The notes: a model not told the origin generated them from the letters alone. A stretch of 64,000 nt of DNA from Candidatus Aenigmatarchaeota archaeon (GCA_016198685.1 JACQID010000006.1:32001-96000), one strand, 5' to 3'; counted from the first letter of the stretch, positions 17,965-27,870 are shown. Translations and numbers: made by a program.

Positions 17965-19287
17965 TTATCCTTTTATCGCGTTCTCAACAACTTCTGTGAA
18001 GTCGTTTTTGAGCCTTTCAAATGCCCCTTCTTCCTTGGCTTCAACTGTGAGGCGGATCATAGGAGAAGTATTCGATGCGCGTATCAGAACCCATGCATCG
18101 CCAAAATCTATCCTGAGGCCGTCCATGGTGGTTATGTTATAGCCGGAAAACTCGTTTTTGAGTCGCTCGACAATTGCGAATTTTCTGTCGTCGGCACAAT
18201 CAAAGTTCACGCGGCCCGAAGGGTAACGCTGCACAGGTTTCACAATTTCTGAAAGAAGTGCATTGCTGCGCGAAAGCGCAACGGCGGCGTAGAGGCTTAC
18301 TGCCAGGGCATCATCAAAAGGCAGGAGAGGCGGAATGACGTAATGACCCGCACTCTCAGCGCCAAGACATGCTTTTCTTTCATTTGCATTCTCCACAAGA
18401 AACGTATGGCCCACAGGCTGGCGATGCACTTTACGGTTGAATGCAGCGGCCACATCGTCCATCGCCAAGGAACATTCAATATTCGCAACGATGTCCCCCG
18501 CGTGCTCGGAAGCAAGCCGGGATAATATGAGATATGAGGATTGCTCGGCTGTAAGTATGTTTCCCTTCTCATCAACGAGTATCATGCGGTCTGCATCGCC
18601 GTCATATGCTATTCCTATGTCTTTCTTTGCGTTTCTTAATTCAGTAAGGGGATCAATATTAGGCTCGGAATTTCGCTGGGGAATTTCGCGCATATCGCCG
18701 TAGATGGCATCGGCAGAAAATCCTGCTTTTTCAAAAAGCATTTTTGCTGCAACAGAAGCCATCCCGTTTCCGCAGTCAAGTGCAACCTTCATCGGTTTAG
18801 CTGCTTTCAGCTTTTCCGCAAGATAAGAAACATAATCATTTATTGCATCTTCAGAATTTTTCTTTTCCATCTTTCCATTGCCTTTTTCCATCGATTTCAA
18901 CGAAAAGAATTCATCACGTATTGCATAATTCTCCTTCTCAGAAAAACCTAGGCCGCTTTCATGGAAAAACTTAACTCCGGCCCATTCTTTCGGCAGATGC
19001 GAGGCCGTAATATATGCGAGAGGTAGGCCCTTCTTCCATGCATAAAACATCGCAACGCCCATCGGCACTAATCCGACGTCCTCAATGTCAAATCCTGCAC
19101 GCATTATGCCCGCAGAAAGTTTTTCTTTCATCAAAGAACTGGACGAGCGCATGTCCATGCCGACAATTATATTTTTTGCCGCATGCTTGGCAAGAACAAA
19201 GCCTATTTTTTCGGCGTCATCAGGAGTTAAATCCTTATTGAATATGCCCCTTATATCGTAGCTTCTGAAGGAATGAAAGGATGCCAT
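17965..19287 (-). CDS. Phosphomannomutase/phosphoglucomutase family protein
   Basis: FRSYDIRG, catalytic ITASH, metal-binding YDGDADR, sugar-binding GAESAGH, RASNTSP. Confidence 0.93.
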   Translation of the reverse strand: MASFHSFRSYDIRGIFNKDLTPDDAEKIGFVLAKHAAKNIIVGMDMRSSSSLMKEKLSAGIMRAGFDIEDVGLVPMGVAMFYAWKKGLPLAYITASHLPKEWAGVKFFHESGLGFSEKENYAIRDEFFSLKSMEKGNGKMEKKNSEDAINDYVSYLAEKLKAAKPMKVALDCGNGMASVAAKMLFEKAGFSADAIYGDMREIPQRNSEPNIDPLTELRNAKKDIGIAYDGDADRMILVDEKGNILTAEQSSYLILSRLASEHAGDIVANIECSLAMDDVAAAFNRKVHRQPVGHTFLVENANERKACLGAESAGHYVIPPLLPFDDALAVSLYAAVALSRSNALLSEIVKPVQRYPSGRVNFDCADDRKFAIVERLKNEFSGYNITTMDGLRIDFGDAWVLIRASNTSPMIRLTVEAKEEGAFERLKNDFTEVVENAIKG

Positions 19288-19531
19288 GTTATCTGTGGGA
19301 ATCTAATCCCAAGAATGATTTAAATATATGCGTCCCGCTATATCTTTATGAGATGCATAGTTGCTTCTAAGGACGCAACAGTCCTGTGGTTGTCCTATGC
19401 GATGTTTTTCCTGAAACTGAACCAGATATCTATCGTGCAGTAATCTGGGATGATTCTGTTTTTGCAGAGGACCTCGCGGTTCATGTAAATTACATATTAT
19501 GTTTTTTCCCATAAAAAGGAGGTTGAGAAAA

Positions 19532-19684
19532 ATGCAAGAATTGCCGTCGTGCTGCGGTAGGCCTATGGTTGCCAACCTGGAATTAGGCAGATTCCTTGAA
19601 GCAAAATGTGAAAAATGCGGCGACCTCGTTTATGTAAAACAAAGGTCGACTGAAGGCGGAAGACCCGTGCTGTTGGATGACTAG
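19532..19684 (+). CDS. Small Zn-binding protein (50 aa)
   Basis: Reads MQELPSCCGRPM..KCEKCGDLVYVK on the PLUS strand; the ORF track labels it minus, which the bases contradict. AGGAGGT SD before ATG 19532. Its stop shares CTAG with the convergent dnaG stop. Confidence 0.75.
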   Translation: MQELPSCCGRPMVANLELGRFLEAKCEKCGDLVYVKQRSTEGGRPVLLDD

Positions 19685-20886
19685 ACGAAATCTTCCTCTG
19701 TAAAGATTGTGATATTGCCCTTTGTCACCCGCTCCTTGTAGCCCGTTCCTACTATAACGGCTATCTTTCTCTGTATAGCCATATCAACGAGCGACTGGTT
19801 CACCTTTCCGTCAAACACTATCCCATATGCACGCTGGTATTCATCCAGCGCATTGGATAGCTCGCTTAGAGGGACCTTGGTCATGACCTGCATGCTCCTG
19901 TCAACAAGATAGGCTGCCCTTGTGCCTGTAAGTTCTTCAAGAAGTATCCTGAAGGCTTCCTTGTCCGGAGAAGAAGATGCTTCTTCTGCCTGCTCCTCAA
20001 CTTCAGAATCCTGAACAGGCGGCCTGGCCCTCTCAGAGACATTGCGGCTCATGCTTTCACGTTTAGCTTCTGCACGAGCCTGATCAACAGGCACTTTCTC
20101 GCGCAGCGCCTTGAAAATCTGCTTCTTCGTAAGCTCTTCAACTTCCTTGCCTTCCTCGGCGTGGGCGATATACTCTATCTCGGCAACTGTCATGAGCTTC
20201 TTGAGATCGAGTTCGCCACCTCTATCGCCATCGAGGAATGCTGTAGTTATCTTTTCCTTCGTGAGCTCGATCAGCGCGTCAGGAACCTTTGACCCTTCGC
20301 TTGCAACAACGTTCCTTATTCCGTTTTTAAGCAGATTTATGACGTCAGCACGGCCTTCGACGATTATTATCTCGTCAGATGTCATAATATCCGGTCCGCA
20401 GCTGAGCCCTTTGTATGTCGTGATTTCTGCCGTGCGCACTGACTCCTTTATGCTCTCGGATAATGTCTGGGAATCAGGCACGCCGGCTTCCATCATGGCC
20501 GCAAGTATGCTCTTTGCCCTGTCTATAACGTATTTTCTCTTCTGGCTTCGTACATCCTCAACGTTGCTGACCTCAATTGTAGCATCGCAAGGGCCTACTT
20601 TTTCAATCGTTTCGAGAGATGCTGCTATCAAGCTTGTTTCTGCAGCATCAAGGCTCGAAGGTATGATTATATCAGCAAACGCCCGGCCTTTATTGCTCTT
20701 GACGTCGACTTCTATGCGTCCTATCCTTCCGGTACGCTGAAGCTCGCGCAGATCAAGGTCGCTGCCCAAGAGCCCTTCGGTCTGGCCGAAGACGGCACCT
20801 ATGACGTCCGGCCTTTCGACTAGTCCCTTTGCCTGCATCTTTGCATGAATGAGATACTTCGCGAAATTTTGAGCCAATTTGGCCAT
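19681..20886 (-). CDS. dnaG: Archaeal DnaG-like (TOPRIM) protein
   Basis: GLVERPDVIGAVFGQTEGLLG, IIVEGRADV, FLDGDRGG, GKEVEEL. ATG at 20886 follows a GAGGTG SD. Confidence 0.95.
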   Translation of the reverse strand: MAKLAQNFAKYLIHAKMQAKGLVERPDVIGAVFGQTEGLLGSDLDLRELQRTGRIGRIEVDVKSNKGRAFADIIIPSSLDAAETSLIAASLETIEKVGPCDATIEVSNVEDVRSQKRKYVIDRAKSILAAMMEAGVPDSQTLSESIKESVRTAEITTYKGLSCGPDIMTSDEIIIVEGRADVINLLKNGIRNVVASEGSKVPDALIELTKEKITTAFLDGDRGGELDLKKLMTVAEIEYIAHAEEGKEVEELTKKQIFKALREKVPVDQARAEAKRESMSRNVSERARPPVQDSEVEEQAEEASSSPDKEAFRILLEELTGTRAAYLVDRSMQVMTKVPLSELSNALDEYQRAYGIVFDGKVNQSLVDMAIQRKIAVIVGTGYKERVTKGNITIFTEEDFV

Positions 20887-21050
20887 ATATACCACCTCTT
20901 TTTTAAGTGGCAGAACTAGGCATCACTTGCTTGGCTCTGTAACTCCATTACAAGCCGTGAATTATGATTATACATGCTACCTATCTGCCCGGATAGGCAT
21001 AAGCGCCATATCCTAAATATTGTATCAGAAGTAACGGATTTAAAGACCCT

Positions 21051-21251
21051 TCAGGGCACAAGTTCCAGTGTCTTTTTCCTCGAGGAAGCGCCGCGCAATA
21101 TACGAACCGACGAGTATTCACGCGAAAGCTCTTTGATAATTTGCCTGTTGGCACGGTTATTTTCCATGGGTTCGGTGACATGGATAATCCAAGTTTCGCC
21201 TCTGGTGACATTAAATTCATCGGCTTCTTTAACAACGCAATTAATTATCAC
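21051..21251 (-). CDS. DUF167 (UPF0235/YggU-like) protein
   Basis: IHVTEPMENNRANRQIIKEL..VRILRGASSRKK matches the DUF167 pattern. Confidence 0.75.
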   Translation of the reverse strand: MIINCVVKEADEFNVTRGETWIIHVTEPMENNRANRQIIKELSREYSSVRILRGASSRKKTLELVP

Positions 21252-21322
21252 GCAAATACGTCATCTTTCCCGGCTTAATGCCTTTTTAAAACACTTAAAT
21301 AGCTACTGAAAAGTAAAAAATT

Positions 21323-22060
21323 ATGAAAATGCATGACCTCCACGATTACGGCATGAGCGAGTTTCTCCAAAACCATAAGGGCTACTACAGGAAAGACCTC
21401 AATGCGCAAGGCGATGTTGATGTGCTCACGCTCTCTCCTAAAAAACCGGGTCGGGAGGACAGGGATAACATAGCTATATACGTGGCATACCAGAACGGGA
21501 ATATCGTATGCACCAAGTCTGAGTTTCCTTCTGAAAAGCCTGAGATAATAAGGCTTGCAATGCCATCTGACCGCGGCTTGACGCTCGTGAGGCTCGATCT
21601 GACAGAACCGTATCTATCCGCCAGGATACCGGGAAAGCAACCTGCGCAGTTCCTTGATATGATACGTTTTTCGGAAAACCAGACGCTAGGCGATATAGAT
21701 GCGCTCTACACTCCTGACAGCGTTATGCTGCGAACTCGCCTTGTGAATGGCAAAACGATATCGATCACCCCTAAGGGCGTTGAATGCTTAACATCCGACG
21801 GATGGAGAAAAATAGGCTATCCTGAATGGGAATTGAACGGCCTACAATACGAGTTCGGCGCTGACAAACAGAACGGCCGAAAAGTTCCGTTCATGAGAAC
21901 CCGAAACCGGAATGATATAACCACAGTAAGAGCATCAGGCGAAGACTATGCGCTTCTTGCAATCCATACGATTCAAGGAAACAAATGGCATGAGCTTAAC
22001 CCTTCTCCGCTTATCGAATATTCCGCTCCCTTTGCGCATCCAATGGGATCGTACTTATGA
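21323..22060 (+). CDS. Hypothetical protein (245 aa)
   Basis: Long ATG ORF with a TTAAATA box upstream. No motif recognised. Confidence 0.7.
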   Translation: MKMHDLHDYGMSEFLQNHKGYYRKDLNAQGDVDVLTLSPKKPGREDRDNIAIYVAYQNGNIVCTKSEFPSEKPEIIRLAMPSDRGLTLVRLDLTEPYLSARIPGKQPAQFLDMIRFSENQTLGDIDALYTPDSVMLRTRLVNGKTISITPKGVECLTSDGWRKIGYPEWELNGLQYEFGADKQNGRKVPFMRTRNRNDITTVRASGEDYALLAIHTIQGNKWHELNPSPLIEYSAPFAHPMGSYL

Positions 22061-22112
22061 TTGACTATGACTTTTCGCATACTCTGAAATGCTTCCGCCG
22101 CAACAATAAATC

Positions 22113-22180
22113 AACCCGCCAGTAACACCTCATTTCATCCTTCGCCGAAGCGACGTCTAGAGGCTGAGGGCTGGCGGGTT
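22113..22180 (-). ncRNA. Candidate structured RNA: long hairpin with cUUCGg tetraloop and possible K-turn
   Basis: Perfect 10-bp GC-rich closing stem (22113-22122 with 22171-22180), inner CCTC/GAGG stem, and TCGC-TTCG-GCGA on the minus strand. Lies between convergent genes. Confidence 0.45.
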
Positions 22181-22204
22181 ATAGCTATAATCAGAAGCAA
22201 AGCG

Positions 22205-22657
22205 TTAAATCTCTTTCAGTGTGAACTCCTGCTTCAGAAATTCCCGAAGCTTTACCATCGCCGAATCGACCGAATGTTCTGCTATGTCTTTGACGCGCGG
22301 GCGCATATGAGACAGGTAGAAGGCAATATAACTATCGTAAGCCGGACCTGTCGTATCCGGAAACTCCAATTCCAGTTTCGCTTCAAGACGTATTTTCATC
22401 GTAGGCTGCTGCATGATTCTTGAGATGCCCTCGGCACTGAAATGAAGCCGCAAGGATGCGTTCTTGTCGAGTTTTTCTGTGACGATTATCTTGGCGATTG
22501 TGCGTTTTTCCGGTCCGTCCGTCTGATATATATTTTCCTCTTCTTCGGCGCTGCCGAGGGAGAACACGAATTCCGTAAAATTTGCAGTAGAGCCGTATAT
22601 GTCTGCAGCCTGGAAATCCTTTTCCCACTCGTGCAGGTCCTCTACGACCCGTTCCAT
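22205..22657 (-). CDS. Hypothetical protein (150 aa)
   Basis: ATG ORF divergent from hjc across a TATA-containing spacer. Confidence 0.7.
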   Translation of the reverse strand: MERVVEDLHEWEKDFQAADIYGSTANFTEFVFSLGSAEEEENIYQTDGPEKRTIAKIIVTEKLDKNASLRLHFSAEGISRIMQQPTMKIRLEAKLELEFPDTTGPAYDSYIAFYLSHMRPRVKDIAEHSVDSAMVKLREFLKQEFTLKEI

Positions 22658-22695
22658 AGGATAATCTTATTTAGCCCGCTATAAATAAGTAGGGT

Positions 22696-23067
22696 ATGCG
22701 AAACTACGCCAAAGGCTACAGGGCAGAACGCGACATGGTCCATGAGCTCGCCCGCAGAGGCTTTGTGGCCATACGCGCGCCGCACTCGGGAAGCATAGGC
22801 TTAGCCTCGCCTGATGTCATAGCCGCCAAGAACGGGAAACTGATAGTCCTTGAATGCAAATCGCGCGAAGAAGCGTTCACTGTTCCGCCTGAACAGCTCG
22901 AGGAATTAAAGAAATGGCAGGAAGTTGCGCCTGCGCACGCCTATATCGCATGGAAATTGAACAGGAAAGGCTGGACATTCCTGCGCCTTGACGATGTTGC
23001 GGCCAATGCCGGCCATATAGGCAAGAAATTTGCCGAAGAGAAGGGCATAACCATCGAAGATATCTGA
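22696..23067 (+). CDS. hjc: Holliday junction resolvase Hjc
   Basis: YAKGYRAERDMV..FVAIRAPHSG..PDVIAAKNG..VLECKS (archaeal Hjc PD-(D/E)xK pattern). Confidence 0.9.
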   Translation: MRNYAKGYRAERDMVHELARRGFVAIRAPHSGSIGLASPDVIAAKNGKLIVLECKSREEAFTVPPEQLEELKKWQEVAPAHAYIAWKLNRKGWTFLRLDDVAANAGHIGKKFAEEKGITIEDI

Positions 23068-23125
23068 TTTTTATAGTTTTCCGGCCTTGCCAAGGCTTAA
23101 ATATCCCAATCCAGAAGTGATTGCA

Positions 23126-24445
23126 ATGGGATCCGATATCTCTGGCTTCTACTCCCTTTCAGTTGAGGAAAGAATCCGGCTCGTAAAAAAGCATGCGGGA
23201 CTCTCTGCAGCAGAAGCAGCCCTGCTCAGGAGGAGCGGAGCTCTTGACATCAGGAAGGCCGACATGATGGTAGAGAATGTTATAGGCACGACGCAAGTTC
23301 CGATGGGCCTTGCAACTAATTTTTTAATTAACGGCAAGGACTATCTCATTCCTATGGCGATAGAGGAGCCGTCTGTAGTTGCGGCGGCGTCGTATGCAGC
23401 GAAGCTCGCAAGAAAGGGCGGCGGTTTCATATCCAGCGCCGACCCCCCTGTCATGATAGGCCAGCTGCAGCTTGTTTCGGACAAGGCAAGCATCTTATAC
23501 AAGGCAAAGGAAAGGATACTGCGCGCCAAGCATGAAATAATAGCCATGGCCAATGGCAATGACTCGATAATGCTGAAACTAGGTGGAGGCGCAAAGGACA
23601 TTACTGCTGAGATAATAGGAACAAAGCGCGGCAGGATGCTCATAGTCAAATTGCATGTCGACGTCAGGGATGCGATGGGCGCAAATGCCGTCAATACCAT
23701 GCTTGAGACGATAACGCCTCATATACTTGAGATGACCGGAACCGAATCCCGGCTAAGAATAATATCCAATCTTTCAACCGGCAGAGTAGCCCGCGCAAAG
23801 GCTGTATGGCCAAAGGAAGTTCTTGGCGAAGATATCATTGAAGGAATACTCGACGCTTATGCTTTTGCTGAAGCGGATAAGCACAGGTGCACAACCCACA
23901 ACAAAGGCATAATGAACGGCATGGATTCTGTGGCTATTGCAACCGGCAATGATTTTCGCGCCCTTGAAGCAGGGGCGCATGCGTATTCTGCGCTCAAAGG
24001 ATTCAAGCCTTTGACAAAATACGAGAAAGCTAAGAATGGCGACCTAATAGGAACTATAGAAGTGCCGGTAGCCGTAGGCCTTGTCGGAGGCGCAACAAAG
24101 ACTCATCCGATTGCACAGATTTCACTTAAGATACTCAACGTCAAAACCGCGCAGGAACTCGCTGAAGTCATTGCAGCGGTAGGCCTCGCCCAAAACTTTG
24201 CTGCGCTGCGCGCCATGATTGCAGAAGGCATACAGAGGGGGCACATGAAGCTGCATGCAAAGAATATAGCCGTGATGGCAGGGGCTAAGGGGCGGCTGAT
24301 TGATCGCGTTGCCAAGGCTATTATCAAGCAGCAACAGATATCGGTAACCGCGGCAAAGGAAATCATTGCAAAACTCAAGCGCCGCGGGAGAAAAGATGTT
24401 CAAAGTGATTCCCAAAGCCAAGGAAAGCCTGGCAATAAAAAATAA
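23126..24445 (+). CDS. mvaA: HMG-CoA reductase, class II
   Basis: ENVIG, PMAIEEPSVVAAAS, DAMGANAVNTM, THNKGIMNG, GNDFRALEAGAH, EGIQRGHMKLH. Start inferred at ATG 23126. Confidence 0.94.
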   Translation: MGSDISGFYSLSVEERIRLVKKHAGLSAAEAALLRRSGALDIRKADMMVENVIGTTQVPMGLATNFLINGKDYLIPMAIEEPSVVAAASYAAKLARKGGGFISSADPPVMIGQLQLVSDKASILYKAKERILRAKHEIIAMANGNDSIMLKLGGGAKDITAEIIGTKRGRMLIVKLHVDVRDAMGANAVNTMLETITPHILEMTGTESRLRIISNLSTGRVARAKAVWPKEVLGEDIIEGILDAYAFAEADKHRCTTHNKGIMNGMDSVAIATGNDFRALEAGAHAYSALKGFKPLTKYEKAKNGDLIGTIEVPVAVGLVGGATKTHPIAQISLKILNVKTAQELAEVIAAVGLAQNFAALRAMIAEGIQRGHMKLHAKNIAVMAGAKGRLIDRVAKAIIKQQQISVTAAKEIIAKLKRRGRKDVQSDSQSQGKPGNKK

Positions 24446-24508
24446 CTAATCCTTCACATGCCATGCATGGCTCATTGTTTTCGAGGGTCTGGATTTTTCA
24501 AGATCCTC

Positions 24509-25147
24509 CTATTCAATTACGCGCCTGTCGCAGATCGAATTGAAGCGGCACGGCCTGCATTTGAACGCCTTGTCTGTAGAGATGAAATCTATTTCTTTTC
24601 TCGCAAGCTTTTTGACCCTCTCGATTATTTCAATGATGTTTGATTTTACGCCGTCTGTGAATTCCTCCATCCATAAAGCTTCGCCTGTGTTGCGGTCGCG
24701 AACTGCGGAGATGACAGGCTTCGCAGGCGAATATTCGGAGACGAACGCAAGTGCATAGGCGCGCGCCTGATTCATCGATGAAGGATAAACTTTCCCTGGA
24801 GGTTTGTCATCAATTATGAATATCATGTTTTCCGCAAATTGTATTTCGTCTATCTTCCCATAGATAAAATGATGGCCTGATTTTATTCGCAATTCGCGGC
24901 CCGATCCTTTAATTCCAAGACGCAATGCTTCTTCGACGCTCATCTTTGGGGCATCTTTCATGCGTTCCGCGTGCTCGGTCTCAAGCTCAGCGTGTCGTAT
25001 CGTGCCTGCAAGCATCGCTTCGCTCTTCGGGTTTATTCCCTGCCATGAAAATTTGAGCTGATATTCGCAGTATGCCTGGGTGTGTATATCCGAGATCTTT
25101 ATCCAAACGTTGCCGTCCGAATCCCAGTGCATAGAATCGCTTGCCAA
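24509..25147 (-). CDS. Stand-alone Cas4-like PD-(D/E)xK exonuclease with 4-Cys (Fe-S) motif
   Basis: N-terminal YCEYQ, GTIRH, GKIDEI..IDDK, QARAYA, C-terminal CRPCRFNSIC. No CRISPR array or other cas gene in the window. Confidence 0.8.
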   Translation of the reverse strand: MASDSMHWDSDGNVWIKISDIHTQAYCEYQLKFSWQGINPKSEAMLAGTIRHAELETEHAERMKDAPKMSVEEALRLGIKGSGRELRIKSGHHFIYGKIDEIQFAENMIFIIDDKPPGKVYPSSMNQARAYALAFVSEYSPAKPVISAVRDRNTGEALWMEEFTDGVKSNIIEIIERVKKLARKEIDFISTDKAFKCRPCRFNSICDRRVIE

Positions 25148-25278
25148 AAGAACACTTAAAGAATCACCGAGCGGAAGGAAAGTGAATGATCATGAAAAAG
25201 TATGAACATTTGCTATGAACTTTTTCAGAAGAGTGGCTTAAATCATGCGAAAGTGAAGGCGCTTTAGAGGTGGTTCGC

Positions 25279-26385
25279 GTGATCGTAGGAACCGTTAAGG
25301 AAATAAAGATAGGCGAGAATCGCGTGGGGCTCACGCCCATAGGCGCGAATGCACTCGTCAAAGACGGGCATACCGTGCTCATAGAGCATGGGGCGGGCAT
25401 TAATTCCGGTTTTGCGGATGATGAATATGAGAAGCAAGGCGCAAAAATAATCGGAACTGCCAAGGAAGTCTGGGACAAAAGCGAGACTGTGGTTAAAGTA
25501 AAGGAACCTCAGAAATCCGAATTTCCTATGATGAAAGAAGGCCAAGTGCTCTATACATATTTGCACTTGGCAGCAGAACTGGAAGTGACCAAAGCACTTC
25601 TCGAAAGAAAAGTGACTTCAATAGCTTACGAGACCGTGGAGCTTGCCGACGGCACCTTGCCGTTGCTTGCGCCGATGAGCGAAGTTGCGGGCAGAATGGC
25701 AGTCCAGGTGGGCATGCACTATCTTGAGAAAACGCATGGAGGCTCCGGCCGTCTTCTTTCAGGCGTTCCTGGAGTTCTGCCGGGCAAGGTAGTTGTTCTG
25801 GGAACCGGGATTGTAGGCATCAATGCCGCAAAGATTGCGATGGGCGCAGGAGCACGCGTGACGATAATAGGAAGAAATGCTGCGCAATTGCGTTACATCG
25901 ACGATGTATTCGGAGGAAAAATCCGAACACTCTTCTCAAACCCTTATAACATAGAACGCGCAGTTGAAAAGGCGGACCTGCTTGTAGGTGGGGTGCTTAT
26001 CACAGGACTCAAGGCACCCAAGCTCGTCACGCGGGAGATGGTCGGGAAAATGAAGATGGGCTCTGTAATCGTGGATGTGGCCATAGATCAGGGAGGGTGC
26101 ATGGAAACTTCAAGGCCCACCAGCCATGCAAATCCCGTGTATGTTGAAGAGGGCGTCATTCATTACTGCGTGACCAATATGCCAGGCGCAGTGCCGCATA
26201 CTTCAACTCTTGCGTTGACCAGCACTACGTTGCCATATCTGCTTAAGCTGGCAAAGCATGGCACTGAATCCGCTGCTCGCAATGATGAAGCGCTTTTCAA
26301 GGGAATAAACACGCATAAAGGCAGGCTCACGAACAAGGAAGTCGCCGATTCTCTTGGAATAGAATACCAGAAAATGACATTCTAA
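25279..26385 (+). CDS. ald: Alanine dehydrogenase (bacterial Ald type)
   Basis: VKEIKIGENRVGLTP, VKVKEP, YLHLAA, IAYETV, PLLAPMSEVAGR, VDVAIDQGGC, YCVTNMPGAVP. Start GTG at 25279 follows GAGGTG. Confidence 0.95.
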   Translation: MIVGTVKEIKIGENRVGLTPIGANALVKDGHTVLIEHGAGINSGFADDEYEKQGAKIIGTAKEVWDKSETVVKVKEPQKSEFPMMKEGQVLYTYLHLAAELEVTKALLERKVTSIAYETVELADGTLPLLAPMSEVAGRMAVQVGMHYLEKTHGGSGRLLSGVPGVLPGKVVVLGTGIVGINAAKIAMGAGARVTIIGRNAAQLRYIDDVFGGKIRTLFSNPYNIERAVEKADLLVGGVLITGLKAPKLVTREMVGKMKMGSVIVDVAIDQGGCMETSRPTSHANPVYVEEGVIHYCVTNMPGAVPHTSTLALTSTTLPYLLKLAKHGTESAARNDEALFKGINTHKGRLTNKEVADSLGIEYQKMTF

Positions 26386-26466
26386 TATTTATTTTATATT
26401 TTTCCTTATATTTTTTTAAAAATATATATTACAAGCTTTAATTACTATCTTCCCATATGAATATTC

Positions 26467-26730
26467 ATGGAGGTCTTCCTTGCCGGCTTCATGGGCGGCG
26501 TAATCAGGGGACTTGTAGGCATGACAAAATATCTTACAAATTCGCCGTCAAAGAAAAGGAAACTTTGGGACGGCTATATTTTCCTTACATTGCTTTCTTC
26601 CGGCGGCATGGGGGTGCTTGCCGGAGTATTCATCGCAGAAGACCCGCGATTCGCACTTTTGGCAGGATACGCAGGAACGGATTTTGTTGAGAGCCTGTTC
26701 AAAATAAAAATGAAGCAGTATTCGTGGTAA
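26467..26730 (+). CDS. Small membrane protein (87 aa)
   Basis: Gly-rich hydrophobic helices (AGFMGGVIRGLVG; ALLAGYAGTDFVE). Confidence 0.7.
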   Translation: MEVFLAGFMGGVIRGLVGMTKYLTNSPSKKRKLWDGYIFLTLLSSGGMGVLAGVFIAEDPRFALLAGYAGTDFVESLFKIKMKQYSW

Positions 26731-26733
26731 GCC

Positions 26734-27120
26734 ATGCGCATACTCGTTCTTCTTGCGATATCGACATCATTCGGATTCGTCGCTGAAGCGCACGGCAGCT
26801 GCGGGGAATTCCTGATCATAATCACGGGAAATGAAACTGGGTGCTGGGACGCCAAAGTTGATGCGCCCGGCGTAATTTTAGACGAAGAATGGAAAAGTTC
26901 CTTCTTCTATGCGAAGGACGCATATTGCAACGGATTTGGCGCAGTCCGGTTCAGGGCAGCCATGGATGCGGATGTGACTGTGAAAATACGCCAGAAAACA
27001 ACAATAATTGAAGCGCCCATTGTGATACAGCAGTACTGTAATTCCCAAACGCCTGATTTTTTCATCGTGATTATTCTTGCGTCGGCATTATTTGCGGGAA
27101 TCATGGCCGTGAAGACCTGA
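26734..27120 (+). CDS. Exported protein with C-terminal membrane anchor
   Basis: N-terminal signal-like MRILVLLAISTSFGFVAEA, four Cys, C-terminal FFIVIILASALFAGIMAV. Confidence 0.65.
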   Translation: MRILVLLAISTSFGFVAEAHGSCGEFLIIITGNETGCWDAKVDAPGVILDEEWKSSFFYAKDAYCNGFGAVRFRAAMDADVTVKIRQKTTIIEAPIVIQQYCNSQTPDFFIVIILASALFAGIMAVKT

Positions 27121-27675
27121 TGCCCTCCGCGCGTCTCTGATCAATGACGCAAATTGTAAATCTGTTATGGGATCCGTTTCGCCCGCATTTATTTCAGGCA
27201 ACTTGATGTCATAAGACTTGAGGCACTGCAGCAGCACAGCCGGGTGGTGCGCTGATTCTGTGGCCGTGTTCTCGAAAAGGTCGAGTTCGTCCACCGGCGC
27301 TGTGCGCCTTTTTTTGGCTTCTTCGAGTATTTCTAGCGCTTCCACAGGGCCTATCGCGGCATGCGTGTACGGCAGCGTCCATGTCTTGATTCCTGCTATG
27401 TACGGCGTGCCTCCCATGTCCTGCACATAATAGATCACATCTTTCGCGCCTTCATAGCTGTCTGCACAGAGCAGGCGCCTGTTCGCAAGATCGTATATGA
27501 TCCTGCCGCCGTCTGCAAGAATATATCCCTTGCTGTCGTATCTTGCAGACGCACGCTGCACAAGCAGATCCAGAGGATTGTAAACGGCGAGTTCGCAGAT
27601 AGGTCCGTTGGTTTCAATACTTGCCCAGCATGCCTCGCTTTCGGGATTGGGGGGAATAACGTATAGTTCCGGCAT
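27088..27675 (-). CDS. Hypothetical protein, probable paralogue of 27817-28281
   Basis: ATG at 27675 with a TTAAAA box about 25 nt upstream. Shares AGETDP and LEILE motifs with its neighbour. Confidence 0.7.
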   Translation of the reverse strand: MPELYVIPPNPESEACWASIETNGPICELAVYNPLDLLVQRASARYDSKGYILADGGRIIYDLANRRLLCADSYEGAKDVIYYVQDMGGTPYIAGIKTWTLPYTHAAIGPVEALEILEEAKKRRTAPVDELDLFENTATESAHHPAVLLQCLKSYDIKLPEINAGETDPITDLQFASLIRDARRASGLHGHDSRK

Positions 27676-27870
27676 GCCCAATATAATATGGAAAAGTTTT
27701 AATTCGCTATGCGTCTCCTCTTGTTAGCGCTTCTTGCTGTCATGCCATACTCCTTTAACATATCTTCGCGGGCGTTACTGTTTTCAGAATCTGCCATCCT
27801 CATTCCAGGAACGAGGTTACTCGAAGGCTCTCTTGAATCCGGCATATGAAACGGGATCCGTTTCGCCCGC
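27169..27870. repeat. Exact 18-bp direct repeat in two neighbouring ORFans
   Basis: GGGATCCGTTTCGCCCGC at 27169-27186 and 27853-27870; both encode AGETDP on the minus strand. Confidence 0.85.

Noticed and set aside
19303-19575. 90-aa minus-strand ORF and a possible TAG read-through frame between the PMM gene and the Zn microprotein
   Set aside because: No motifs, overlaps the better supported plus-strand gene, and no evidence for recoding.
20905-20997. Three small hairpins upstream of dnaG
   Set aside because: Stems are only 5-7 bp with no recognisable riboswitch or sRNA motif; consistent with chance.
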